Under the pieces are notes generated by a model. It saw only the letters and a list, made by a program, of their open reading frames with translations. It was not told the DNA's origin and did no database searches. A DNA stretch of 64,000 nucleotides from an uncultured bacterium (GTDB lineage: Bacteria > Zixibacteria > MSB-5A5 > JAABVY01 > JAHJOQ01). Position 1 is the first letter of the stretch, and every line of letters begins with the position of its first letter. The stretch is from contig CBDUQR010000002.1 of the NCBI GenBank assembly GCA_965369655.1, forward strand, positions 1 to 64,000. Direction: 5' to 3'. Below are positions 39,459-49,378 of this stretch, piece after piece. The position numbers and the translations under genes are program-made.

Positions 39459-40673
39459 TTAGCTTGAATATGGATCTTTGCCCTGGAGCTTGTCAGCGTA
39501 GAGCGGCGACATGGCAAGAAGCTTCTCGATAATCTCAGGCATGACCGAGATCATGTAGTCGACCTCTTCCTCACTGTTGTCCTTGCCCATCGAGACTGTG
39601 AGCGATCCCGAGCACAACTCCGCCGGAACGCCTACCGCCGTCAGCACATGCGATGTGACGAGATCTTCTTCGTCCTTACCCCGCAGGTTGGATGCGCACG
39701 CCGATCCTGATGCACACATGACGCCTTTCATGTTGAGCATCAGAAGCAGTGATTCGCCTTCGATGTACCTGATCCAGAAGCTGACATGTCCGGGCAGCCG
39801 GTACATCGGATGGCCGGTAAATTCGAGGAATTCGACATTGTTGTCGAGCCAGTCCCAGAGTTTTGTCTGGAGATTATCGAGGTGCTCGGTTCTTGACGGC
39901 GTTTCATCTATGGCGATTTCGCATGCTTTGCCCATTCCAACAATGCCGGGCAGATTCTCGGTGCCGGACCTGTAGCCCATTTCCTGCATTCCGCCGTCGA
40001 GCTGGCACTTGAGCAGGTTTCCGCTTTTCACATAGAGCGCGCCGACTCCCTTCGGCCCGTACATATTGTGCGACGAGAGCGTCATCGAGTCGACGTCGAG
40101 AAGGCGTACATCGATCGGGATGTTGCCGCCAGCCGCCGCAGCATCGGTGTGAAAAAACACTCCCATCTCAGATGCAAACTTCCCAATGTCACCGATCTTC
40201 TGGACGGTCCCGATCTCGGAGCTTGCAGACTGTACGATCACCATCGCGGTATCGGCGCGAATCGCTTTGCGAACAGCAATCGGATCAACCCTGCCGTATT
40301 TGTCGCATTCGACGAGCGTGATTTCGTAGTCATCCTGCCTGAGTGCGTGGAACTGGCTGAGTACCGAGAAGTGTTCGATCGACGACGCGACAATATGCCT
40401 GCCCTTGTCCCGGTTGGCCTGCAGAAAGCCTTTGATCGCAAGGTTGTTCGATTCGGTCGCGCCGGAAGTGAAGATCACTTCATCCGATTCGGCGTTGATA
40501 AGACTTGCGACCTGCTCGCGAGCCTTGTCGAGCGCCTGCCCCGCCGCAACACCCTGCTTGTGGATGTGCGACGACGGGTTGCCGTAAAACTCTGAGAAAT
40601 ATGGCAGCATTGCCTCGACAACGCGCCTGTCGACCGGCGTCGTGGACTGGTGGTCGAAGTATATATTTCTCAT
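39459..40673 (-). CDS. iscS: Cysteine desulfurase, IscS/NifS group I
   Basis: IYFDHQSTTP, YGNPSS, FTSGATESNN, HTDA, RSGTEN, SGSAC; the PLP-lysine motif reads SSHNMYGPKG. Confidence 0.88.
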   Translation of the reverse strand: MRNIYFDHQSTTPVDRRVVEAMLPYFSEFYGNPSSHIHKQGVAAGQALDKAREQVASLINAESDEVIFTSGATESNNLAIKGFLQANRDKGRHIVASSIEHFSVLSQFHALRQDDYEITLVECDKYGRVDPIAVRKAIRADTAMVIVQSASSEIGTVQKIGDIGKFASEMGVFFHTDAAAAGGNIPIDVRLLDVDSMTLSSHNMYGPKGVGALYVKSGNLLKCQLDGGMQEMGYRSGTENLPGIVGMGKACEIAIDETPSRTEHLDNLQTKLWDWLDNNVEFLEFTGHPMYRLPGHVSFWIRYIEGESLLLMLNMKGVMCASGSACASNLRGKDEEDLVTSHVLTAVGVPAELCSGSLTVSMGKDNSEEEVDYMISVMPEIIEKLLAMSPLYADKLQGKDPYSS

Positions 40674-40699
40674 GCGCTTAATATATTCGTGATGGTCAA

Positions 40700-40763
40700 G
40701 TAGGGCAGGAGTGCCTCACTCCTGCCGCAACAAGATGGCAGGTGTCGGGGACACCTGCACTAC
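40700..40763. repeat. GTAG-type REP doublet between iscU and iscS
   Basis: gtagggcaggagtgcctcactcctgcc ... gcaggtgtcggggacacctgcactac. Confidence 0.65.
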
Positions 40764-40775
40764 TCGGTTGGGGAG

Positions 40776-41183
40776 TCAATTTTCTTTCGATTCATCTCCT
40801 TCGTGCGATTCCCTGAACTGCTTCAGCGCTTTCGCAAGAGCTTCCTCGGCCATCACCGAGCAATGGTGCTTCACAGGCGGCAGGCCTCCGAGAGCATCGA
40901 TAACCTGACGATTGGTGATTTCTTCGGCCTCTTCGATGGTCTTGCCCTTGATTATTTCCGTGAGCATAGATGATGCGGCGATTGCGGCGCCGCAACCGAA
41001 TGTCTTGAATTTCGCATCGATTATTATACCGTTCTCGACCTTAAGGTACAGCCTCATCATATCCCCGCATGCCGGGTTGCCGACATCGGCGATCACGTCG
41101 GCATCCTTGATCTCACCCATGTTGCGAGGGTTGGTGAAATGCTCCATCACTGTTTCTGAATATGGATACAACCTGCCTGACAT
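40776..41183 (-). CDS. iscU: Fe-S cluster scaffold, IscU/NifU N-terminal type
   Basis: YSETVMEHFTNPRNMG, GNPACGD, FKTFGCGAAIA, LPPVKHHCS. Confidence 0.93.
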   Translation of the reverse strand: MSGRLYPYSETVMEHFTNPRNMGEIKDADVIADVGNPACGDMMRLYLKVENGIIIDAKFKTFGCGAAIAASSMLTEIIKGKTIEEAEEITNRQVIDALGGLPPVKHHCSVMAEEALAKALKQFRESHEGDESKEN

Positions 41184-41404
41184 CGATCTTACTCCAACAT
41201 TGACCCACCCGCCGCTGCGCTCTGGGTGGGCTATAGACTGTTGTCTCAGGCGCACGTTATATGCGCACATTTTGCCAGCACATATTATACACGAAAATTC
41301 TCTTTTTCAAAGGGAAAAAGTGTCCGGTTTTGGACATTACAGATTCGGCTGCGCAGTCGAGGATATCTTCAGCGAGGAGCAGTTCGAGAGGATCGCGATC
41401 GGTA

Positions 41405-44400
41405 TCACGCGGGTTGGAGCTTAACTCGATCCAATTCAGTTCTGATTGCCGCTCCGATGGTTGCCTTGGTAAAGGGCTTCCTGACATAAGCACCAGCGCC
41501 GAGCGCCTGAGCCCAGAGCACCAGCCCCGACTCTGCGAACCCGGATACGATGATCGCTTTCTGGCCGGGGTGAATCCTGGAAATCAGCCTGTAGGTCTCG
41601 GCTCCGTCTATTCCGGGTGGCATGATCATATCAAGAATCAGGAGGTCCTGTGGATTATCCTTCAGGAATTCAATTGCTTTCTCGCCACTCTCGACTGCGC
41701 TGACGGCGTAGCCAAGCTTCTTCAGGATTCTGGTGGAGACATCACGCTGGACCTCATCATCGTCGATAATCAGTATCGTTTCGGTACCACCGACGATCTG
41801 CACAGATTCCTGCTCGTCAGCGGTCTTTCGGGTGATAGGGAAGTAGAGGTAGAACGATGTCCCTCCTCCGACATTGCTGCTCAAGTCCAGGTATCCATTG
41901 TGGTCTTTCATGACTGCATCGACAACGCTCAAGCCAAGTCCTGAGCCCCGTTTCTTGTCAGCAGTCTTGGATGTAAAGAAAGGATCGAATATCTTCTGGA
42001 TTATGTCGTCCGGGATGCCGCAGCCGGTATCGGATATGATTACCTTGACATACTCGCCCTTGGGGACGCGACCGTAGACTATGCTCACATCATCAACATA
42101 GTAGTTCTTGGTCTTCACGGTAATCGTTCCCACGCCATGCAAAGCATCCTGAGCATTGCACAATAGATTCGAAATGCACCGATCAATCTGGGCAGCGCCT
42201 CCCATGACATTCATCAAATCGTCGCAGAGGTCAGTTTCGCAGCTTATCGTGCCGGATCGGGTATCTATCACATTGACGGCGTGCGACACAATCCTGTTCA
42301 GGTTTATTACTTCCTGATTGTAATGGCCTCTTCTGCCCATGGCCAGGAGGTCCTGGTTGATATCACTTATCCTCTCCGCCGCGTTTTCGATATCATCAAG
42401 GTATATCAAGGCTGGATGGTTGTCCGGGAGTTCATCGCGAATCATATCCGGGTATGCCATTAACGGAGCCAGCAGATTGTTGAAATCATGGGCTACCTGC
42501 CCGGCAATCTTTCCCGCTGTCTCAAGACGTTCAGCGCGAGATTCGAGTGCCCGGAGGCGTCTGGTCTCGGTGATGTCGATAACATTACCAAACGCACCGA
42601 TATATCTGCCGTTTTCGTCGAGGCGGGGAGAGACGGATACAAGCAGGATTCTCCGATTGTTCTTTGCGGTGGTGATTTCGAGTTCATACTTGGAGGATTC
42701 CCCTCTCAGTCGGCATGCGGTTTGTTGCAGGATTATCTCCTTCTGGTCCGAATCAGCATAGTCCAGAAGAGACTTTCCGATCATCTTTTCAGGATCATCT
42801 TCCTCGAAGATACTCGCGCATGCCGGGTTGCAGAAGGTGACCTTTTCGTTCTCATCTACGACAACGATTCCCTCCAGCAGCGAAGAAAACAACTCGTCGT
42901 ACTGGCTCTCCGACTTCTTCAGTGCATCCTCCACCTGTTTGCACTCGGTGATGTCGATGCCCAACCCGATCAGATAAGTCCTCCCTTCGATCACCACTCT
43001 TCTACCGGTGAAGTAATACGGAGTTTTCATTCCCTCCTTGGTAACAAGAAGGTTCTCCATTGAACTCCAACCCTTATCGTAAACCTCCTGCATTCTTCTC
43101 GCGCATTTATCCCTCTCCGGTCCCTCTTCGAAGAAGTCCAAGAACGCCATCAGTTGGAGTTCTTCCTCTGAATATCCAGTAACTTGCGCCCAATTGTCGT
43201 TTCTTGACTGGAGAAGTCCGCTGTCTTTTTCAATGACATAAGAGAGCCCCGGCATACTTTGGATAATGTTGGATGAATAATCCCGCTCGGCCTGCAGCAG
43301 GGTCTCCGCCCGCTTGCGCTCGGTGATGTCAAATACCCTCGCCTGAAGCACTTCCTTACCATTCAGCTCCATCTTATCAAGCAACACTTGGGCAGGAAAA
43401 TCAGTACCGTCCAAACGTCGGTGTAAATGCTCAAACCGCGCGCTGCCTTCTTTTATGGCAAGTGCAATATTGTTCTTGGCATAACTCATCGAATCAGTGC
43501 CGTCCGGCTGGGTCGGAGGCGAGAAATCGGCCGGATGCCTGTTACAAAATTCCTCTTTGGTGGCACAACCGAAAAGTCGCAGCGTCGCATCATTGCAATC
43601 AAAAAAACCTTTCTCATCGAGGAGCATTATCGAATCGCTAGACGAATCGTACAGGACCTGGAGCTTGATCTTACTCTCGCGTATTGCCTCCTCCGCCCGT
43701 TTGCGCTCAGTGATGTCCAGCAGGATTCCGATGGAGCCGACAACCTGACCGGAATCGTCGCGAATAGGTACGGCATAGTCGCTGATCCACTTGACGTCCC
43801 CAGATGAGGTTTGGATGCGAACATCGGCTCTGTACTGCGCAGTTTCACCCCGCCGGAAGACTTCGCCGTAGGTGGCGTGATCTTCCGGACCGTCAGGATC
43901 CGTTACCACCTGTTCCATAATTATCTCGCTGTAAGCCTGTGGGGAGAACTCTTTCTGCGCAATACCAATCAGGTTTTCAATCCCGGCTCCGACGAAGACA
44001 TACTTGCCGCTGGCCAGATCGAACTGATATGGAACTCCGCTCGCATTCTCGATGGTGCTTCGGTAAATCGATTCCGATTCACGCAGCGCCCTCTCCGCCT
44101 GTTTGCGCTCGGTGATGTCGCGAGCAATTCCGCACAGACCGATGATCTTGCCGGAGGTGTCGTACATCGGCACTTTGATGGTATGGAAGGTTATCTGAAC
44201 CCCTTGAATAGGCTTGGTGTGTTCCTCCTCAACGGTCTCCCCACCAAGAACGCGAGAGTCCACTTCCCTGATGTGGGAGCCTGCTTCCGTTCCGAAGATA
44301 TCTTCATCTGTCCGACCGATCAGCTCAAAGACCGAAAGTTCGAAAAGCCTCTCCATGGTTGGGTTTACTTGTGTATATCTCAGAGAGTTGTCCTTGATAA

Positions 44401-45595
44401 AGACAGAGTCCTTAGCCGTCTCGAAGACTGCACGGAAACATTCCTCGCTCTCCCGCAGGGCCGCCGTTCGCTCATCTACAAGCGTCTCAACGAAACTGGC
44501 GCGGTTTCGCATCAGCATAAGTTGAGAAACTACGAGCGCAGTGAGCGCGAGGCCTCCGAGCAGGATGATCCATTGTATCCATAGGGAGTAAGCATCGAGA
44601 TAGCCAGGCGATGGCGTACAGCGTATCTCCCAGGTCCGGTCAGCTATTTTGAAAGAAGTAACATATCTCAGGTTTGTACTATTATCAATTTTGAGCAGGG
44701 AATCACTCGTCTCCCAGTTGCGCAAGCGCGCCCAGTGCTGGCAAAGAAATTGCTCACCGGGAGGTGAGGAGAGATCAATCACCTGAATATCTGTTCCTCT
44801 GGGGTCCTGTTTCCAAATTATACCCGTAAGGATATCGATAACTCGTACAGCAGAGAAGACAACGCCTTTGATAGCCGCACGGCGTTCTTCAATTGTCGAG
44901 ATGGGCAAATCCTTTTCGTAAACAGGTCGATAAGCGATGACTGCCAGTTTGTTACTCTGCTCGCATGGTATTAGTATCGGACCAGTGATCGTAGACTGGT
45001 CTAAATCACGCGCTCGCTCAATCGCTTTGCGCTGGCTCGGTTTCGAGAACATATCCAAGCCCATCGCCCAATCGAGCTGCGGCAAGTGATACAGAACCGG
45101 ATAGTACTCCTCGCGAGCAGGCGCGACTGCTGTGTCACCCAAATGAGAACCATCGTGGATATTGCAGTTAGCCAACCCTTCAACTTGCAGAGCTCGCTCA
45201 AAGTCGCTGCGGTTTGCGTGAGTTATGCGGGGCGCCCAGCCAAAAGCGTCGATTTCGGGGTGATTCACGAGTGCAGGTGCGGTAAACTGGATGAATTCAT
45301 CACGGTCCACGAATTGCGAGCCGTCATAGAATCGCCCGAGAGCTTTGAGTTCGTCCAGGTGTCGATTAGCTTTATTCTCAAAGAGCAAACATCGTGTCTC
45401 GGCCAGTCGTTCGAAATCGAACTTGCGCAGCTCCCTCTCCCAGCTTCCCACCAGTATACATGCTATTACGGACAACATTATTCCGATGAGCGCAGCAAAC
45501 ACTGCAGTATTCTGCCGCACGCGACCGGGTCGTGGATATTCCTCGTGGTTCTCAGCGTGAGGAAGGCTTCGGCCAAATGACTCTGTCTTACTCAC
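41405..45595 (-). CDS. Hybrid sensor histidine kinase (TM-CHASE-TM, 5 PAS, HisKA, HATPase, REC)
   Basis: WAPRI, YYPVLY, GLD (CHASE); five DITE motifs; VAHDFNNLL, DTGCGI, FDPFFTSK, GSGLGLS, LDMIMP. Confidence 0.92.
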   Translation of the reverse strand: MSKTESFGRSLPHAENHEEYPRPGRVRQNTAVFAALIGIMLSVIACILVGSWERELRKFDFERLAETRCLLFENKANRHLDELKALGRFYDGSQFVDRDEFIQFTAPALVNHPEIDAFGWAPRITHANRSDFERALQVEGLANCNIHDGSHLGDTAVAPAREEYYPVLYHLPQLDWAMGLDMFSKPSQRKAIERARDLDQSTITGPILIPCEQSNKLAVIAYRPVYEKDLPISTIEERRAAIKGVVFSAVRVIDILTGIIWKQDPRGTDIQVIDLSSPPGEQFLCQHWARLRNWETSDSLLKIDNSTNLRYVTSFKIADRTWEIRCTPSPGYLDAYSLWIQWIILLGGLALTALVVSQLMLMRNRASFVETLVDERTAALRESEECFRAVFETAKDSVFIKDNSLRYTQVNPTMERLFELSVFELIGRTDEDIFGTEAGSHIREVDSRVLGGETVEEEHTKPIQGVQITFHTIKVPMYDTSGKIIGLCGIARDITERKQAERALRESESIYRSTIENASGVPYQFDLASGKYVFVGAGIENLIGIAQKEFSPQAYSEIIMEQVVTDPDGPEDHATYGEVFRRGETAQYRADVRIQTSSGDVKWISDYAVPIRDDSGQVVGSIGILLDITERKRAEEAIRESKIKLQVLYDSSSDSIMLLDEKGFFDCNDATLRLFGCATKEEFCNRHPADFSPPTQPDGTDSMSYAKNNIALAIKEGSARFEHLHRRLDGTDFPAQVLLDKMELNGKEVLQARVFDITERKRAETLLQAERDYSSNIIQSMPGLSYVIEKDSGLLQSRNDNWAQVTGYSEEELQLMAFLDFFEEGPERDKCARRMQEVYDKGWSSMENLLVTKEGMKTPYYFTGRRVVIEGRTYLIGLGIDITECKQVEDALKKSESQYDELFSSLLEGIVVVDENEKVTFCNPACASIFEEDDPEKMIGKSLLDYADSDQKEIILQQTACRLRGESSKYELEITTAKNNRRILLVSVSPRLDENGRYIGAFGNVIDITETRRLRALESRAERLETAGKIAGQVAHDFNNLLAPLMAYPDMIRDELPDNHPALIYLDDIENAAERISDINQDLLAMGRRGHYNQEVINLNRIVSHAVNVIDTRSGTISCETDLCDDLMNVMGGAAQIDRCISNLLCNAQDALHGVGTITVKTKNYYVDDVSIVYGRVPKGEYVKVIISDTGCGIPDDIIQKIFDPFFTSKTADKKRGSGLGLSVVDAVMKDHNGYLDLSSNVGGGTSFYLYFPITRKTADEQESVQIVGGTETILIIDDDEVQRDVSTRILKKLGYAVSAVESGEKAIEFLKDNPQDLLILDMIMPPGIDGAETYRLISRIHPGQKAIIVSGFAESGLVLWAQALGAGAYVRKPFTKATIGAAIRTELDRVKLQPA

Positions 45596-45878
45596 CGGTT
45601 GTCTACTCCCCCTCAGTTAGCGCGGCGCCAACGAAGTCAGGATGGCATGCTCCCGGAGCGCTTCTCGATGTCAGTGCGTTGGAGAAAACTCTTTTGTTTG
45701 TATCGGCAGATTGTGCGATAATTACACTCGCTCCGGTCCAAGTCACACCTGCTGCGCCCTGCAAACGGTTGAGATATACACCGCATGAACGCGCGACGAT
45801 GTTTTTTCGGTTTATTTCGCGGCGGTATTTAGTTATATATAATGGTTAGGTATGGTATTTTGAGAAGCGAGGTGAATT

Positions 45879-46763
45879 ATGTATTACGATAGAGATCCCA
45901 GGTGGAAATTGAAAGTCGGGCTGGCCGAGATGCTGAAGGGCGGCGTCATAATGGATGTCACGAATGCCGAGCAAGCCAAAATCGCTGAGGATGCCGGCGC
46001 TGTCGCGGTCATGGCGCTCGAACGCGTGCCTTCCGATATTCGCGCACAGGGCGGCGTTGCGAGGATGGCAAACGTCGAGGTCATCCAGAAAATAAAGGAA
46101 ACTGTTTCCATCCCGGTCATGGCCAAGTGCAGGATCGGTCATTTCGCCGAAGCGCAGGTACTTCAGGAACTCGAAGTCGACTACGTGGACGAATCCGAAG
46201 TGCTGACGCCCGCCGACGAGCAGTTCCATGTCGACAAGTGGCCGTACAAGGTGCCATTCGTGTGCGGTTGCAGGAATCTCGGAGAGGCGCTCAGACGAAT
46301 CTCCGAAGGCGCAGCGATGATTCGTACAAAGGGCGAGGCAGGTTCCGGCAATATCGTCGAGGCTGTCAGACATATGCGCATGGTGATGTCCCATATCAGG
46401 CGGTTGCAGGCAATGAATCCTGAAGAGTTAAAGAACGAAGCTCAGGAGATGAGAGTACCGATTGAAATCGTAACTGAGACCGCGAAACTCGGTAAGCTTC
46501 CGGTACCCAATTTCGCAGCGGGTGGAATCGCTACTCCGGCGGATACATCGCTGATGATGCAACTCGGCGCAGAGGCAGTGTTCGTTGGCAGTGGCATCTT
46601 CAAGTCCTCCGATCCGCCCAAACGAGCCAGGGCTATTGTCGAAGCGACCACGCACTGGGATAATCCGAAAGCTGTGCTCGATGCCACACGGCCGCTCGGT
46701 GACGCGATGGAAGGACTTGACATCAGAGAGATTCCTGAAGACAAACTTCTCCAGACAAGATAG
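45879..46763 (+). CDS. pdxS: Pyridoxal 5'-phosphate synthase lyase subunit
   Basis: [49 protein letters not shown]. Confidence 0.97.
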   Translation: MYYDRDPRWKLKVGLAEMLKGGVIMDVTNAEQAKIAEDAGAVAVMALERVPSDIRAQGGVARMANVEVIQKIKETVSIPVMAKCRIGHFAEAQVLQELEVDYVDESEVLTPADEQFHVDKWPYKVPFVCGCRNLGEALRRISEGAAMIRTKGEAGSGNIVEAVRHMRMVMSHIRRLQAMNPEELKNEAQEMRVPIEIVTETAKLGKLPVPNFAAGGIATPADTSLMMQLGAEAVFVGSGIFKSSDPPKRARAIVEATTHWDNPKAVLDATRPLGDAMEGLDIREIPEDKLLQTR

Positions 46764-46832
46764 TATTGGGGTCGATGATATTTGTTATTCGATACCGGCA
46801 GTTTTCTGCCGGTATCTGATTTTGGACAACTT

Positions 46833-47402
46833 GTGAGTAAAGATACGGTCGGCATACTGGCTCTGCAGGGTGACTTCGAGATGCATCGACAGATGTTCGA
46901 GCGCATCGGTGCGTCGGTATCGCTTGTCAGGACCTCCGATGAACTGGATCGTGTGGGCAGGCTCGTGATCCCCGGCGGTGAATCGAGTACGATGTTTCTA
47001 CTGATCAAACGGTATGACCTGATGCAGCCCATTCTCAGATTCGCGTCCGACAGGCCGATTTGGGGAACATGCGCCGGGCTGCTTCTGCTGGCGGCGCGAA
47101 TCGATGATCCTCAGATATCACCATTCGGTCTGATCGATATAGGCGCGTCCAGAAACGCCTATGGTCGCCAGATCGAATCGTTCGTTGCCGACGGCGTTCT
47201 CCGGCTCGACAAATCCGAAAAACCGTATGAGATGGTGTTTATTCGCGCGCCGAAGATCGTGAGTATCTCAGAAAGCGTCGATGTCATCGGATGGTGCGGC
47301 AATGAGATCACTATGGCGAGGCAGGGTAGAATCTTAGTGACGGCATTTCACCCGGAATTAACTGAAGATACGGCGATTCACGAGTATTATCTCAGCATGT
47401 GA
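46833..47402 (+). CDS. pdxT: Pyridoxal 5'-phosphate synthase glutaminase subunit
   Basis: GILALQGDF, IPGGES, WGTCAG, RNAYGRQIESF, VFIRAP, FHPEL. Confidence 0.95.
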   Translation: MSKDTVGILALQGDFEMHRQMFERIGASVSLVRTSDELDRVGRLVIPGGESSTMFLLIKRYDLMQPILRFASDRPIWGTCAGLLLLAARIDDPQISPFGLIDIGASRNAYGRQIESFVADGVLRLDKSEKPYEMVFIRAPKIVSISESVDVIGWCGNEITMARQGRILVTAFHPELTEDTAIHEYYLSM

Positions 47403-47476
47403 TGCTGGTCTGAGCATGACACCAGTGACGTCGGATAGGTGGCCGAGTCGAGTGTCTTCGGACGCTTGGACACAGA

Positions 47477-48268
47477 TTACATCTCGTCAGCTTCGACAAA
47501 CATCGTAATTCCCGCGAATTTGTCGTCTTTATCCAGTACCGGGATTGTGCGAATCCTGGCGTTGAGGGGCTTGATTCCATTACCGCGCAGGTTCAGAGTT
47601 CCCTTGAATCTCTTCTTGTGGCTGTTCAGCATCAGCTTGGTGACCGCTTTTTCCGGATTGCTTTCATCGAGTATCATTGCCAGCGGCACGCCGATAAGAG
47701 CCTGTTCGTCGACGTGGAACAGCTTTGCCGCCTTTGTGTTCATGAATGTTATTCTCTCGGAATTATCAACTTTAATTATTGCCGAAGGGACTTCCTGTAA
47801 CACGTCTTCAAGTTCCCGAATTCTCGCCTTGTCATTCTTGAGACTCGTGATTTCGACAAGTGTTCCGAGAATGGCGGGAGAGCCTTCGTACGTGCAACGT
47901 ACTCCTCGAACAAGTGCATCGATGATGCTCCCGTCTTTCCTGACGAGTTTCAGTTCATATTCCTCGATTTGCGATTCGCCAGTGAGCCGTTTGCGAGCTC
48001 TTCGCTGCATCTCGTCCCAGGAACTCGGCCCGATAACCATCCTGAGTTCGATAGGACTGAGATCATCATCGTCATAACCAAGCATTTCGCGGATGTATGG
48101 ATTATAGAAGAGAAGATGGGATTGGTTGATTATGTATATCCCGACAAGCGCGTTCTCGACGAGAGTTTTGTACTTTTGTTCGGACTCGACCACGAGTTGT
48201 CTGACAACCTTCTGCGTGTCTATATCCCGAATTGTTTCCTCGAGAAAACTGCCTTTTGCCAATTCCAA
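47477..48268 (-). CDS. Tandem PAS domain protein without an output domain
   Basis: SEQKYKTLVENALVGIYII...LVRKDG; second PAS ITFMNTKAAKLF. Confidence 0.8.
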   Translation of the reverse strand: MELAKGSFLEETIRDIDTQKVVRQLVVESEQKYKTLVENALVGIYIINQSHLLFYNPYIREMLGYDDDDLSPIELRMVIGPSSWDEMQRRARKRLTGESQIEEYELKLVRKDGSIIDALVRGVRCTYEGSPAILGTLVEITSLKNDKARIRELEDVLQEVPSAIIKVDNSERITFMNTKAAKLFHVDEQALIGVPLAMILDESNPEKAVTKLMLNSHKKRFKGTLNLRGNGIKPLNARIRTIPVLDKDDKFAGITMFVEADEM

Positions 48269-48382
48269 ACCCCGCTGTTGAGTGGTTTGCTACAACTTGT
48301 TGTTGATAATGATGTTGTCGGCAGAAGGAGAAGATTCTTTACGGCCCGTGATTCGTCGTCAAAAGTTGCAGTATGAAACCCC

Positions 48383-48886
48383 TTATTCCAATTCCTTGAA
48401 AGCTCTGATTATCAGGTGAGGAGAATCGGCTTGCATGATGCTGTCGATGAATCCGGGGTGCTCCATCTTTTCGGCAAGCGCCTTGAAGACTTTGAGATAG
48501 AGAGTGTCATCGTACGGGGGGGCAGCCATACAGAAGAAAAGCCTGACCGGCAGACCGTCGGGGGCGTCGAACTCGTAGCCTTCAGAGTGTCGCCCGATGG
48601 CGATTACGAATTCTTTGGCCTGCATTGTCCTGACATGGGGGACTGCGATATGATTTCCGATTGCTGTCGTGGCCTGTTTCTCGCGGTTGATGAGGTCCAA
48701 TGTTAACTTGTTCTTGTTCGAAACCTTACCCGAAGTATCAAGCAATTCGACGAGTTCACGGATTATTGTCTCCTTCATCGAATTGACTTCTTTTCTTGTA
48801 TGGCCATTATCGGGATCCGGGGGCTCGAAATCGCTGTCCATCCGCAACTTGATGCGTTCCGGCCTCATGTATCTCGATATGTTCAA
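48383..48886 (-). CDS. PTS EIIA (Ntr/fructose-type) domain protein
   Basis: REKQATTAIGNHIAVPHVRT, FDAPDGLPVRLFF. Confidence 0.88.
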   Translation of the reverse strand: MNISRYMRPERIKLRMDSDFEPPDPDNGHTRKEVNSMKETIIRELVELLDTSGKVSNKNKLTLDLINREKQATTAIGNHIAVPHVRTMQAKEFVIAIGRHSEGYEFDAPDGLPVRLFFCMAAPPYDDTLYLKVFKALAEKMEHPGFIDSIMQADSPHLIIRAFKELE

Positions 48887-49093
48887 GCTAATCCTTTCAT
48901 CAGTACAATGTTACGTCAATACTTGTATCGCACGATACCGCCGAATACTTGAATAGTCAATTAGAAAATCTTGACGATAATGTCGCGATGAGGGGTAGGT
49001 GGCTGCGACTACGTTTCTGCACTTAGTTTGAGCAGGTCACGTAACTCATTGTCCTGAAGTACGCTCATGGAAATAGTTGATCCAAGTTTTCTC

Positions 49094-49121
49094 TTGACAC
49101 ATTGCGTGTACCTGTTATATT
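49094..49121 (+). promoter_or_regulatory. Putative sigma70 promoter of the scaffoldin-like gene
   Basis: TTGACA-16 nt-TATATT with a TG extension. Confidence 0.5.
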
Positions 49122-49378
49122 GAGCATGTTGATTATGGTCCGCTCTCGGGGGATGGCGGATAGCGGCTGACTGACGGCCGCAGTTGTTCGTAATTACTCG
49201 CTTCGTCTGTACCCTTCGTCGAGTTGCATGTGCTTGAGGCTCGAAAGTTTTGTTCAAGAATACAATGTATGTAGGATTCCAAATTGCTGATAAGGAGGTG
49301 AAACAGCACAGGAGTTTATGTGGGGTTTGGTCTGAGGACCACACTTATTTTTTAAGACTTGACAACAGGAGGATTTCA

